Assembly (NCBI GenBank): GCA_964016885.1
Contig: CAXHJY010000090.1
Coordinates: 1 to 64,000 of the forward strand
Reading direction: 5' to 3'
Source: Eledone cirrhosa
Lineage: Eukaryota
Length of the DNA: 64,000 bases
The translations under genes were made by a program, and so were the position numbers. Of the stretch, positions 50,764-64,000 are shown in pieces (within the stretch, counting starts at the first letter, position 1; every line of letters starts with the position of its first letter). The notes beneath the pieces are model-generated. The model was not told the origin of the DNA, made no database searches, and worked only from the letters and a program-made list of their open reading frames with translations.

Positions 50764-51373
50764 ATGGTGGCTGCCAACTCGTTTTCGAGTACGCCCACTA
50801 CTTTATATCCATGTAGGAGAACCCCTACCGATGCGCTGAACGAGTGTGACTTTTTAGTCCAGCCAGCGACTTGAAAACTCTGGTACAAACACTACACTTG
50901 TGACAATTATTGACACACAGTGTTGGGCCCATGGTACCATGTGATGACAAGTGCAGAGAGATCTCCAGATATAAAGCAATGCCTGTGCCATGAAGCTTTT
51001 ATAGTGAGCAAAGGCACTGCACAAAGCCAGCCCCACTCTCTTAACCAAGATGATATTTACCAAAAATAAGAACAAGTCAACATCATTGGATACCATCAGG
51101 GTTGTAGGTGTTATATCAGAGTTTTCCTTCTCCTAGAATTCTGCTTTGACAAAGGCTAAGGGGTCATCTCTCCCAGTGATTTTGGATGGCCATTGACTCT
51201 TAAGAGCTCCTTTTCCCTTTGACAGATTTTGTTTTTAGTCCTGCAGGATGTCCAAAGTCACCCTCCTCACCAAGAAACCTTGGTGGGGTTGCCAGTTTAG
51301 TCGCCAACGACCCGACCATGAGACAGGTTGTACTGGGATACATGTTACCAGTAGCACCAACTAGTGACCTGAC
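50764..51373 (-). mobile_element. 610-bp bipartite RTE-derived non-autonomous element
   Basis: CTAGGAGAAGGAAAACTCTGA 5'-UTR motif; 3' end encodes a C2H2-like HKCSVCTRVFKSLAGLKSHTRSAH; terminal ACTCG/CGAGT hairpin. Confidence 0.8.
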
Positions 51374-51450
51374 ACATATATATATATATGTATATATGTA
51401 TATATATATATGTATATATATATGTATATATATATATATATATGTATGTG

Positions 51451-51486
<36 letters not shown>

Positions 51487-51705
51487 TGTATGTGTATATA
51501 TGTATATATATGTATGTATGTATATATATCTATGTATATATATATGTATGTGTATATATGTATATATATGTATATATATATATGTGTATATATGTTTATG
51601 TATATATATATATATATATGTGTATATATATGTATATATATATATATATATGTATGTGTATATATATATATGTATGTGTATATATATATATGTATATGTA
51701 TATAT

Positions 51706-52315
51706 GTCAGGTCACCAGTTGGTGCTACTGGTAACATGTATCCCAGTACAACCTGTCTCATGGTCGGGTCGTTGGCGACTAAACTGGCAACCCCACCAAG
51801 GTTTCTTGGTGAGGAGGGTGACTTTGGACATCCTGCAGGACTAAAAACAAAACCTGTCAAAGGTCAAAGGAGCTCTTAAGAGTCAATGGCCATCCAAAAT
51901 CACCGGGAGAGATGACCCCTTAGCCTTAGTCAAGGTAGAATTCTAGGAGAAGGAAAACTCTGATATAACACCTGCAACCCTGATGATATCCAATGATGTT
52001 GACTTGTTCTTCTTTTTGGTAAATATCATCTTGGTTAAGAGAGTGGGACTGGCTTTGTGCAGTGCCTTTGCTCACTATAAAAGCTTCACGGCACAGGCAT
52101 TGCTTTATATCTGGAGATCTCTCTGCATTTGTCGTCACATGGTACCATGGGCCCAGCACTATGTGTCAATAATTGTCACAAGTGTAGTGTTTGTACCAGA
52201 GTTTTGAAGTCGCTGGTTAGACTAAAAAGTCACACTCGTTCAGCGTATCGGTAGGGGTTCTCCTACATGGATATAAAGTAGTGGCCGTACTCGAAAACGA
52301 GTTGGCAGCCACCAT
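51706..52315 (+). mobile_element. 610-bp bipartite RTE-derived non-autonomous element
   Basis: Inverted near-identical copy of 50764-51373. Confidence 0.8.
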
Positions 52316-52433
52316 ATGTATATATGTATATATATATATATGTATGTGTATATATGTATATGTATATATGTATATGTATATCTATATATATATATATAAA
52401 TATATGTATATATATATCTATGTGTATATATGT

Positions 52434-52838
52434 ATCATCATCATCATAGTTTAACGTCTATCTTCCACGATTGCATGGGTTTGGACGGGAGTTTTCCCAC
52501 TTGAGACAAGAGTGATTATCCTGCTCATATAGGACTGTCTGTCAGGTTTTCTACGGCTGGATGCCCTTCCTAACACCAACCACGTTTACAGTGTGTACTG
52601 GGAGGTTTTTACCGTGTTACCTACACGGCCACATTTTTTGTCGGACTGGATGTTGTGGTACCAACATAACTTCACATTTAAGGGGGCGGTGTGGATGGGG
52701 TGAGGGTGGTGGGACGGAGGTGTATTTTGTTAGAGGTGCCTACTGATTGTAGGTTTCGCTTTGTATTTAGGCAAGGTGGGTCTTCTGTATAACTGTGTAG
52801 CGCCAAAGATCTCGGTCCAGTGACATTGTCTTGGAGAG
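52434..52838 (-). mobile_element. RTE LINE ORF end plus 3' UTR
   Basis: [23 protein letters not shown] followed by UTR and (ATG)n tail. Confidence 0.75.
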
Positions 52839-52861
52839 GTATATGTATGTGTATATGTATA

Positions 52862-52895
<34 letters not shown>

Positions 52896-52979
52896 TATAT
52901 TTATATGTATATGTATATATATATATATATGTATGTGTGTATATGTATATGTATATATATATATATGTATATATATATG

Positions 52980-53038
<59 letters not shown>

Positions 53039-53419
53039 ATATAAATATATGTATATATATATAAATATATGTATATATATATATATAAATATATGTATAT
53101 ATATATATATAAATATATGTATATATATATAAATATATGTATATATATATAAATATATGTATATATATATATATATATATATAAATATATGTATATATAT
53201 ATATATATATAAATATATGTATATATATATATATAAATATATGTATATATATGTATATATATATATATATAAAATATATATATATATAAATATATCTATA
53301 TATATATATATATATATATATAAATATATCTATATATATATATGTGTGTATATATATATTTATAGGGAAAAGCGGACGTAAAATGATGATGATGATGATA
53401 TATAGATATGGAAAGGAAT

Positions 53420-54128
53420 AAAGCATGCATGTGCCTTTGGATGTGTAATAGTAATACACACGAACGGCTAAACGTAAATGAACTAAGTGAGAAATTAGGA
53501 ATACGAGGGACTACGTTGGTATGGTCACGTGATATGCATGAAATACGACAACTGTATAAAAAATTGCAGGGTGATCAAAATTGATGGTAGTTACGGAGTA
53601 GGTAGACCCAGAAAAACCTGGGACGATTTGATAAATTCCGACCTTACACACTTACACTTCTCTAAGACAATGTCACTAGATTGAGATCTTTGGCGCTACG
53701 CAGTAATACAGAAGACCCGCCTTCCCTACTTGCAAAGTTAACCTACAGTCACTAAGTCCCTCCAAACCAAACATTCTCCCCAACCCACTACCCCTAATCC
53801 ATCGTCCCACTCCTGCCAACACCACCCCTTTCTCTATAAAGTCATGTTGGTACCACAACATCCAGTCCAAACTAATGAGGTCGTGTAGGTGTCATGACTA
53901 AAAAAAAAAATGTGGTCATGTAGGTAACACGGTAAAAAGCTCCTAGTCCACACTGTAAATGTGATTGGTGTTAGAAAGGGCATCCAGCCATAGAAAACCT
54001 GCCAGACAGCCCTATTTGAGCGAGACATGGTCACCCAACCTATGTTGCCTCAAATGGGACAATTCCCGTTTAACCCATGCTAGCGTGGAAGATAGACGTT
54101 AAATGATGATGATGATGATGATGATGAT
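53420..54128 (+). mobile_element. decayed RTE LINE 3' end
   Basis: LRWYGHV...GRPRKTWDDLI motif followed by the 3' UTR containing 48-bp-unit homologues. Confidence 0.8.
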
Positions 54129-54320
54129 ATATACAGTATATATATTTTTTTTTTTGCTTTGGACTATATTTGTAATATGGTTCTTAATGTTATACACCTC
54201 CTTAGTAATTTTTATTATATATTTTTACCCATAATCTTGCAATACTTTAGTGTATGTACACTCCATATTCTTCGGAGTTTCCGGCTTGTATCGGCCGATA
54301 ATACTTCTGTTGTTTTAATT

Positions 54321-54358
54321 GCCCTGATGAGTCCTTAATAGGACGAAACATTGTCGGC
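54321..54358 (+). ncRNA. canonical minimal type I hammerhead ribozyme
   Basis: GCC-CTGATGA-GTCCT(taat)AGGAC-GAA-AC(att)GT-C-GGC with AATAAA just downstream; GUC site at 54353-54355. Confidence 0.9.
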
Positions 54359-54403
54359 TAATAAAGACTTTTGATGTATTGAAGGCTTCTTTGTTTTACT
54401 TTC

Positions 54404-54448
<45 letters not shown>

Positions 54449-54861
54449 TCATCCTCACCAATTGCCGTCCATTTTGCCATGATTGCATAACAGCTCCTCG
54501 CCAGTATAACTGAAATACGTATAATCCAATAAATACAATTAGTTAACATCTTCATACATATATGCATAAGAGTCATTAGAATGTCTGATGGAATGCTCTC
54601 TGTGTTCAAATCCTGTCATGGTCAACTTTACCTTTCATACATTGGAGGTGTATAAAAAAAGTACCAGTCAAGTACTGGGGTTGATTCTTCCTCTATATCT
54701 CTTTCTCACTTCCATTCTCTCACTCTCTCTATCATTCTCTGAACGAAATCTACTTTGATCAGACCTGGAGAAGAGATGGGCTCCGCCAGGTTTAAAAATA
54801 TCCCAGAAACATAGTTTGTCAATACGGCGTCCCTAGGACTCCACCAGGAGTTACGGGATGA

Positions 54862-55035
54862 TAGGCAGTATTGGTAGAGGGTTGGACGCCATGCTTTCTA
54901 GCATAGTTACGTCCCTTTATGGTCTGAGTTCAAATCCCGTTGAGGTTAACTTTGCCTTTCATCCTTACGGCGTCGATAAAATAAAGTACCAGTAATACAC
55001 TGGGTAGGTGCTGGCCTTGTGCCAAATGTAGAAAC

Positions 55036-55040
<5 letters not shown>
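54862..55040 (+). mobile_element. tRNA-derived SINE family B
   Basis: Matches 24858-25050. Confidence 0.85.
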
Positions 55041-55072
<32 letters not shown>

Positions 55073-55414
55073 ATTCGTCAACACCTAGTTTTCTAAGAGC
55101 CCACCAGATAATGGAGCGGGGGGACTCTGTCGAAGGCTTTCTCCAAGTCGACAAAAGCTAAGTAGAGGGGTTTACCTTTAGCTAGGTACTTCTCCTGCCA
55201 GACAGTCCTATGCGAGCAAGACAATCACTCTTGCCTCAAGTGGGAATACCCCCGTCCAAACCCATGCAAGCGTGGAACACGGACGTTAAACGTTGATGAT
55301 GATGATGATATATATATGTACATACACACATACACAGATACACGCATATAATTACATACATGCACACATACATACACACACACATACACAGATACACTAA
55401 CTGCTGCATTATTT

Positions 55415-57105
55415 CCACCACCACACACTACACCACACACTAACCAAACAACACCCCAACACACCACACAACACTACACCATACCACACCACAAACACCA
55501 ACCAAACAACACTACACCACAACACACCACAACACAATATATATATATATGTATATATATATATAAATATATGCAACACACCACACCACACTACATCACA
55601 CCACACCAAACAACACCACTCCACAACACAACACCACTCCACAACACAACACAACACTACTCCACACTACACCACACAGCACACCAAACCACACAACTCA
55701 ACTCAACTCCACACCACACTACACCACAACACACCACAACACCACAACACACCACAATACACCACCACACACCACACCACCACGCACCACACTACACCAC
55801 CACGCACCACACTACACCACAACACACCACCACACACCACCACACCACACAACACCACAACACACCACCACACCACACCACACTACACCACCACGCACCA
55901 CACTACACCACAACACACCACCACACACCACACAACACCACAACACACCACCACACCACACCACAATACACCACAACACACCACCACACACCACACTACA
56001 CCACCACGCACCACACTACACCACACTACACCACAACACACACCACACCACACCACACCACACCACACCACACCACCACGCACCACACTACACCACAATA
56101 CACCACCACACCACACCACCACGCACCACACTACACCACAATACACCACCACACACCACACCACACAACACCACAATACACCACAACACACCACCACACT
56201 ACACGACAACACACCGCCACACACCACACCACACTACACCACAACACACACAACACCACACCACAACACAACACACCACACCACACCACCACGCACCACA
56301 CTACACCACAACACACCGCCACACACCACACCACACACCACACACCACACCACACACCACACCACACTACACCACAACACACTGCCACACACAACACCAC
56401 AACACACCACACCACACCACACCACACCACACTACACCACCACGCACCACACTACACCACAATACACCACCACACACCACACACCACACCACACAACACC
56501 ACAATACACCACAACACACCACCACGCACCACACTACACCACAACACACCACAACACACCACACTACACCACACCGCCACGCACCACACTACACCACAAC
56601 ACACTACACCACAACACCACGCACCACACTACACCACAACACACCACACAACACCACAACACACCACAATACCACACTACACCACAACACACCACACCAT
56701 ACAACACCACAATACACCACAACACACCACACCACACCACACCACACCACACCACACCACACCACACCACACCACACCACACCACACCACACCACACCAC
56801 ACCACAATACACCACAACACACCACACAACACAATACCACAATACACCACAATACACCACAATACACCACAACACACCACACTACACCACACCGCCACGC
56901 ACCACACTACACCACAACACACTACACCACACACCACACTACACCACAACACACAACACGCCACGCACCACACTACACCACAACACACCACAACACAACA
57001 CACCACAATACACCACAACACACCACACAACACCACAACACACCACAACACACCACAATACACCACAACACACGACACAACACCACAATACACCACAACA
57101 CACCA
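55415..57105. repeat. (CACCA/CAACA)n degenerate pentanucleotide-like array
   Basis: Visible C/A-rich repeat. Confidence 0.95.
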
Positions 57106-57779
57106 TACCAAACATTTGTTCTGCTGCTGTATTCAACTGATATATAAAACCTGATTCAGAAATAGATACTAGAAAGCAGATCTGTGATCTCTGATCAAAT
57201 ATCACATATTCCAGCTTTGCTCAACATAATTTAATAATCCAATCTGTAATCTCACAACAGAAGGTCAGCCACATCCCAAACTTCCATTTCTTAACCTAAT
57301 ATTTAGAAATCATAAAAAGATATCCTTAATCTTAATTTTTAATTCAATTTTAATTTTTTTCGCTGTCAGGTTTTTTCTGTTTTTTGGAGGGTGTTTTTTT
57401 TTTCGTGGGGTGGTGCAGCAGGTTTTTACCAAATTGTTTTAGCATTTTATTGTTTTTGTGTTTTATTTTACATAATATTTTATTTTTTTTATTTATTTGT
57501 TTATGTATTTCATTTTTTAAACTTTTATATGTTTTATTTTTATTTTATATTTTATGTTTTGTTTTATTTCGTTTTTATTTTAATTTAATTATTAATTTTT
57601 TTTTTTTTTACGTATTTATTTATTTCGTTTTTAATTTCGTTTCATTTTATTTCATTTTATTTTATTTTATTTTATTTTGCATTTTATGTATTTTATTTAA
57701 CCATCCAGCAGTCAGTTTGCTTATATAATCATGTTTCATCTATTTTTTTCTTGTTTATAATATTATATATTAGCCCAGC

Positions 57780-57825
57780 AATAAATATATATATATATAC
57801 ATTTATTTATACACATATTTTATAT

Positions 57826-57859
<34 letters not shown>

Positions 57860-58014
57860 ATATGTATATAAATGTATGTGTGTGTGTATGTGTGTACATA
57901 TAATATATTTATTTATTTCTATAAACCATAGCATATTATATGTTTGTATATAATATATATATATATATATAATAAGTATATAATATATATATATATTTAT
58001 ATATATATAATAAG

Positions 58015-58047
<33 letters not shown>

Positions 58048-58092
58048 ATAAGTATATAATATATATATATATATTTATATATATATAATAAG

Positions 58093-58123
<31 letters not shown>

Positions 58124-58128
58124 ATAAG

Positions 58129-58173
<45 letters not shown>

Positions 58174-58425
58174 ATGTATATAATATATATATATATATTA
58201 TATGTATATACTTGAAATATATATAATATGTATATAATATATATATATATATATATATAATATATTTATCTATATACATATTATATATATATTATATATA
58301 CATATATATATATACATATATATATATGTACATATATATACATAAATATATATACACATATATATATATATATAAATATATATATATATTTATATATATA
58401 TTTATATATATACATATCATATATT

Positions 58426-58481
<56 letters not shown>

Positions 58482-58656
58482 AATGTATGTATGTATTACA
58501 TTTAAGTAACTGCCGTACTAACAGTGGGAAATGAAATTTTGTTTCATTCTATTCCATTTATATATATTTATATATATACATATCATATATATATATATTT
58601 TATGTATATATATTTATATATATATATTTATATATATACATATCATATATATATTT

Positions 58657-58723
<67 letters not shown>

Positions 58724-58735
58724 CATTTTAAATAC

Positions 58736-58770
<35 letters not shown>

Positions 58771-58783
58771 CCTATCATATATA

Positions 58784-58818
<35 letters not shown>

Positions 58819-58836
58819 CCCATATTATATACATAC

Positions 58837-58884
<48 letters not shown>

Positions 58885-59064
58885 CCACACACCATAGTAT
58901 AATCGGGTCCTTTCAAAACCTCCAGAAAAGGTCACAACTTGAACCCCTTATTCAATTTTAAACTCTCAGTGTTTAACTTCAGATATTAGATTCTTTGCGA
59001 AAAAACTTCAGATCTGAAAAAATTCAACTGTAGGTAAAATTATCATTATATCATAGAGTTTATG

Positions 59065-59113
<49 letters not shown>

Positions 59114-59150
59114 GTATATATATGTATGTATGTATGTATATATATGTATC

Positions 59151-59209
<59 letters not shown>

Positions 59210-59402
59210 ATATGTATGTATATATATATATGTATATGTATGTATATATATATGTATATTTATGTAAATATATGTATATGTATATATATATTTATATTTA
59301 TATGTATATATATATATATTAATATGTATTTGTTTATATATATTTATATATATATGTATGTACATATATCTATGTATATATATGTATGTGTATATATATA
59401 TA

Positions 59403-59452
<50 letters not shown>

Positions 59453-59787
59453 AATGTATATAAGTATGTGTATGTATATATATGTATATATACATGTGTG
59501 TGCATGTATATATATGTGTATGTTTATATATTTATATGTATAAATATATATATATATATACATACACACACATACATACCCATATATTATTTTGCTGTGA
59601 CCGTTTCAAGGCTATATGGTTTATATAACATATAATATATAATATTCAAGAAAATCAAATCAGTTCTCCAACATATCTCCTGCCTTACTACACACTCAGT
59701 GTGTTGATCTAATTTACCAATGTGGTACTGCTGGATGAAACATAGCTCCCAAACAACTGTTTCTTTCACATAATATCAAACATATCA

Positions 59788-59819
<32 letters not shown>

Positions 59820-59869
59820 ATGTATATATGTATATAATGTATGTATATAATGTATATATGTATATAATG

Positions 59870-59918
<49 letters not shown>

Positions 59919-60086
59919 ATATATATATGTATGTATGTATGTATATATATATATATATATATGTATGTATATATGTATATATATATATATGTATGTATAT
60001 ATATATGTATGTATATATGTATATATATATATATATATATGAATGTATATATGTATATATATATATGGATTTATATATATATATGG

Positions 60087-60151
<65 letters not shown>

Positions 60152-60640
60152 TGTGTATATATATATATGTATATATGTATATATATATATATGTATACAT
60201 ATATATAAATATATGTATATATATATATGTATACATATATATAAATATGTATATATATATATAATGTATATATATATATATATAATGTATATATATATGT
60301 ATATATATATATAATGTATATATATATGTGTATATATATGTATATATGTATGTATATATGCATGTATATATATGTATATATATATGTATGTATATATATA
60401 TATATATATGTATGTATATATATATATGTATGTATATATATATATATATATGTATGTATATATATATATGTATGTATATATATATATATGTATATGTATA
60501 TGTATACATATATATATATACATATATATATATGTATATATGTATGTATATATATATATATATAAGTATATATATATATATATAAGTATATATATATATA
60601 AGTGTATATATATATATAAGTATATATATATATATATAAG

Positions 60641-60675
<35 letters not shown>

Positions 60676-60754
60676 ATGTATATATATATATGTATATATG
60701 TATATATGTATATGTATATATATGTATATATGTATATATGTATATATGTATATG

Positions 60755-60786
<32 letters not shown>

Positions 60787-60824
60787 TATGTTTATATATG
60801 TATATATATGTATATATGTATATG

Positions 60825-60879
<55 letters not shown>

Positions 60880-60916
60880 GTTTATATATGTATATATATG
60901 TATATATATATATGTA

Positions 60917-60971
<55 letters not shown>

Positions 60972-61092
60972 ATGTATATGTATATATAATGTATATATAT
61001 ATATATATGTGTATATATATATAATATATATATATATGTATATACATATATGTATATGTATATATAATGTATATATATATATATATGTGTAT

Positions 61093-61141
<49 letters not shown>

Positions 61142-61424
61142 GTTTGTATATATATATGTATGTATATATATACATATATATATGTATGTATATATATATA
61201 TATATATATGTTTGTATATATATATATTTGTATATATGTATATGTATGTATATATGTATATATAAACATATAATGTATATATATATATATATGTATGTTT
61301 GTATATATGTATATGTATGTATATATGTATATATATATTTGTATATATGTATATGTATATATATGTATATATATAAACATATAATGTATATATATATATA
61401 TGTATGTTTGTATATATGTATATG

Positions 61425-61460
<36 letters not shown>

Positions 61461-61461
61461 G

Positions 61462-61530
<69 letters not shown>
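57780..61530. repeat. long compound (TA)n/(TATG)n microsatellite region ending in (GA)n
   Basis: Visible; interrupted only by short unique islands. Confidence 0.95.
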
Positions 61531-61532
<2 letters not shown>

Positions 61533-62735
61533 GCTGTGCTGTGTTCCACATTGCAAAGCAGTGTGTCAATGCAAATCAGGATGTTGTTGGAGATAAATGT
61601 GTCCGGGATGATGACGGTGTACTTAGTGTCACGAATGATCAGAAAAAGGAGGCCTGGAAATGTCATTATGAGAGACTGATGAATGTGGAGAACGAATGGG
61701 AGAGAGAGAAATTACCCTTGGTAGATCTGACAGAGGGACCACCTATTGAGATTGACGAATATAGGGTCCAAGAGGCGATTAGGGAAATGAAAAATGGTAA
61801 GGCTGCCGGACCATCGGGAATAGTTGCTGAGATGGGGGACGTAGGCACTAAACTGGTTGCACGCATCATCAATCAAGCTATATATGGTGGTGTCATACCC
61901 AAAGACTGGTGCAGCAGTATTCTCATAAATTGCTACAAAGGTAAAGGAGATGCTCTGGAGAGGAGCAATTATAGGGGTATAAAACTGATGTATCAGGTTA
62001 TGAAAGTGGCAGAAAGGATATTAGCACAACTAATTAGAGAAAGGGTCAAACTAGATGAGATGCAGTTTGGTTTTGTGCCTGGGAAAAGTACAGCAGAGAC
62101 CTTCTTCTTGGTGAGACAATTGCAAGAGAGGTTCTTAGAGAAGAATAAGCCACTATACTTAGCCTTTTTTGACCTAGAGAAGGCCTTTGATAGGGTACCC
62201 CGATCTGTCATCTGGTGGTCCCTAAGGAAACTAGGTGTTGAGGAATGGTTTGTGAGGACAGTGCAAGCTTTGTACAGAGGTGCTGTCAGTAAAGTCAGGG
62301 TAGGAATGGAGTTTAGTGAGGAATTCCAGATACAAGTAGGAGTACATCAAAGTTCAGTCCTCAGCCCGCTCTTGTTCATTTTAGTCCTCCAAGCCATAAC
62401 AGAGGAGTTTAAGACTGGCTGTCCATGGGAACTTCTCTACGCTGACGATCTGGTTCTTATAGCAGGATCAGTAGAGGAGCTAGAGAATAAATTCTGGCTA
62501 TGGAAACAGCAGTTGGAAGCAAGAGGACTGAGAGTGAACCTAGCTAAGACAAAAGTGTCGATGAGTAGAAAAGAGGACAAACTCTGATTCCGTCAGGGAA
62601 ATGGCCATGTTCGATATGCAGAAAAGGAACTGGCATAAATTCTATAAAATGCACACAATGCAGATCCTGGGTACACAAGAGATGTAGTGGGATAGCAGGC
62701 AAACTAACAGGTAGGGAGAAATATGTATGCAGGAG
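61531..62735 (+). pseudogene. internal fragment of an RTE-clade LINE reverse transcriptase
   Basis: KAAGPSG, NYRGIKL, QFGFVPG, DLEKAFDRV, LLYADDL; frameshift near 62585, then Cys-rich GKWPCSIC...CTQCRSWVHKRC; truncated by a SINE. Confidence 0.92.
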
Positions 62736-62736
62736 A

Positions 62737-63086
62737 TCATCATCATCATCTTCATCATTATCATTTTACATCCGCTTTTTCCCTGCTTGCAAGGGTGGGA
62801 CGGGAACTGATTCTGGCTTGATTTCTACAGCTGGATGCCCTTCCTAACACCAACCTCATTTACAGTGAGTGCTGGGTGCTTTTTTTGCCGTGGCACCTCC
62901 ACGACCACTTTGCAGTGGAATGATAGGGACCCCAGTCCCTATCATCTCATTTCTACAGCTGAGTAAACTGGAGCAATGTGAAATAAAGTGTCTTGCTCAA
63001 GGAAACAACGCATCACCCGGTCTGAGAATTGAACTCAACCTTTCGATTGCAAGGCCAATGCTCTAACCACTAAGCCATGTGCCTCC
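62737..63086 (-). mobile_element. tRNA-derived SINE family A
   Basis: Matches 5105-5443. Confidence 0.9.
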
Positions 63087-63561
63087 ATATATACATATAT
63101 ATATATATCTCCAGGGAGAGTTAGACAGAGTGTAATATAATAATACAAGGACAATTTGTTAAGCCTTCATTACGTTCATAGATTGGTGACACGCGTTTGG
63201 CTATTGATCAGCCTGAGGTTCGTTCCATATCAATCTGGCCCCGAATCTAGAATCAAAAACTTGTCGTACCTCTCCTGTTGTAACGACAGAATGAACATAT
63301 ATGTATATATATGTAGGAGGTGAGTTTTATCTCGCTCTTTCTCTCTTTCTCTCTCCTTCCTACTTCTTATACTCTTCCTCCGTTATCCTTTCCTTTTTTT
63401 CTTTTTCCTTTCTTCCTCTTCCTTACTTCCTCTTCCTTACTTTTCTCCCTTTCCTTTCCTTTTTTCCAATCTCCTATATCCTTTGAAATTTATTTATCAT
63501 ATGTTGTTTAGACACTACCTTGCTCACAAGGGTTTTTTTTAAGCTTCATATCATGTCTCCC

Positions 63562-63632
63562 TATTTTATCTGATGAGAACGCAAATATCGTCCCAGGATG
63601 ATATTTGTTTTTGAAATGCGCATAATAAAATA
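63562..63632 (+). ncRNA. type I hammerhead ribozyme (family F, solo)
   Basis: TATTTTAT-CTGATGA-[GAACGCAAATATCGTC ccag GATGATATTTGTTTTT]-GAA-ATGCGCAT-A-ATAAAATA. Confidence 0.9.
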
Positions 63633-63681
63633 CATGGAACTTTTTTAACCATCTTTTAATTTCTTCTTATACATATATATA

Positions 63682-64000
63682 TCATCATCATCATCATCAT
63701 CATCATACATCCGCTTTTCCCTGCTTGCAAGGGTTGGGTGGGTCCTCTTCAGTAAAACATCTCTCCATGTGTCACGGTCCTTCATCATCTCCTCCGTGAG
63801 CTTCAGCAATCTGAGGTCGGCTCTCACCACCTCCGCCCATGATTTACGTGGTCTTTCTCAAATGCGTCTTCCTTTCTACCGGGATTTCTTGGCACTCCTT
63901 CCCCCCAGCTGTCATCCCCCATTCGCATCATGTGTCCACACCATCGCAGTCTTCTCACCCGCACACTAAAGCCTATCCCTCTTACACACAGTTTCTCTCT
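63682..64000 (-). mobile_element. RTE LINE 3' end (runs off the window)
   Basis: VRADLRLLKLTEEMMKDRDTWR plus tail CCCTTGCAAGCAGGGAAAAGCGGA(ATG)n, shared with SINE A. Confidence 0.85.

Noticed and set aside
51706-51790. HDV-like ribozyme at the 5' end of the RTE-derived element
   Set aside because: A P4-like hairpin, CTAA and CCAGT/ACTGG pairing are present, but I could not build convincing P1 and P3 helices by eye; needs an RNArobo or Infernal search.
57109-57295. Selenoprotein exon (in-frame TGA near Cys on the minus strand)
   Set aside because: No recognisable selenoprotein motif and no SECIS identified.
63185-63220. Hammerhead-like GGCTGATCAATAGCC-AAACGCGTGTC on the minus strand
   Set aside because: No CTGANGA box and the G of GAA is missing.

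Overview
AT-rich, microsatellite-saturated eukaryotic DNA. The repeat content (tRNA-headed SINEs with RTE-type tails, RTE and Tx1 LINEs) suggests an invertebrate, plausibly an octopus or other coleoid cephalopod; this is inference. No host gene is clearly recognisable, and nearly all ORF-track entries are microsatellite or satellite artefacts. Real coding sequence is limited to one apparently intact two-ORF Tx1/L1-type LINE (36.1-41.75 kb, minus), two truncated relatives, and RTE LINE fragments. The most striking unexplained structure is a set of about 12 short fold-back (palindromic) elements of 0.1-0.5 kb embedded in (TA)n tracts. Many carry type I hammerhead ribozyme motifs, usually one per strand pointing outward from the palindrome centre. 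About 20 such motifs from roughly nine sequence families were read by eye, with helix covariation, palindromic helix III and rare core variants. They look like non-autonomous Penelope-like retroelement ends. The window also shows four tandem arrays whose units trace to sub-segments of local mobile elements.
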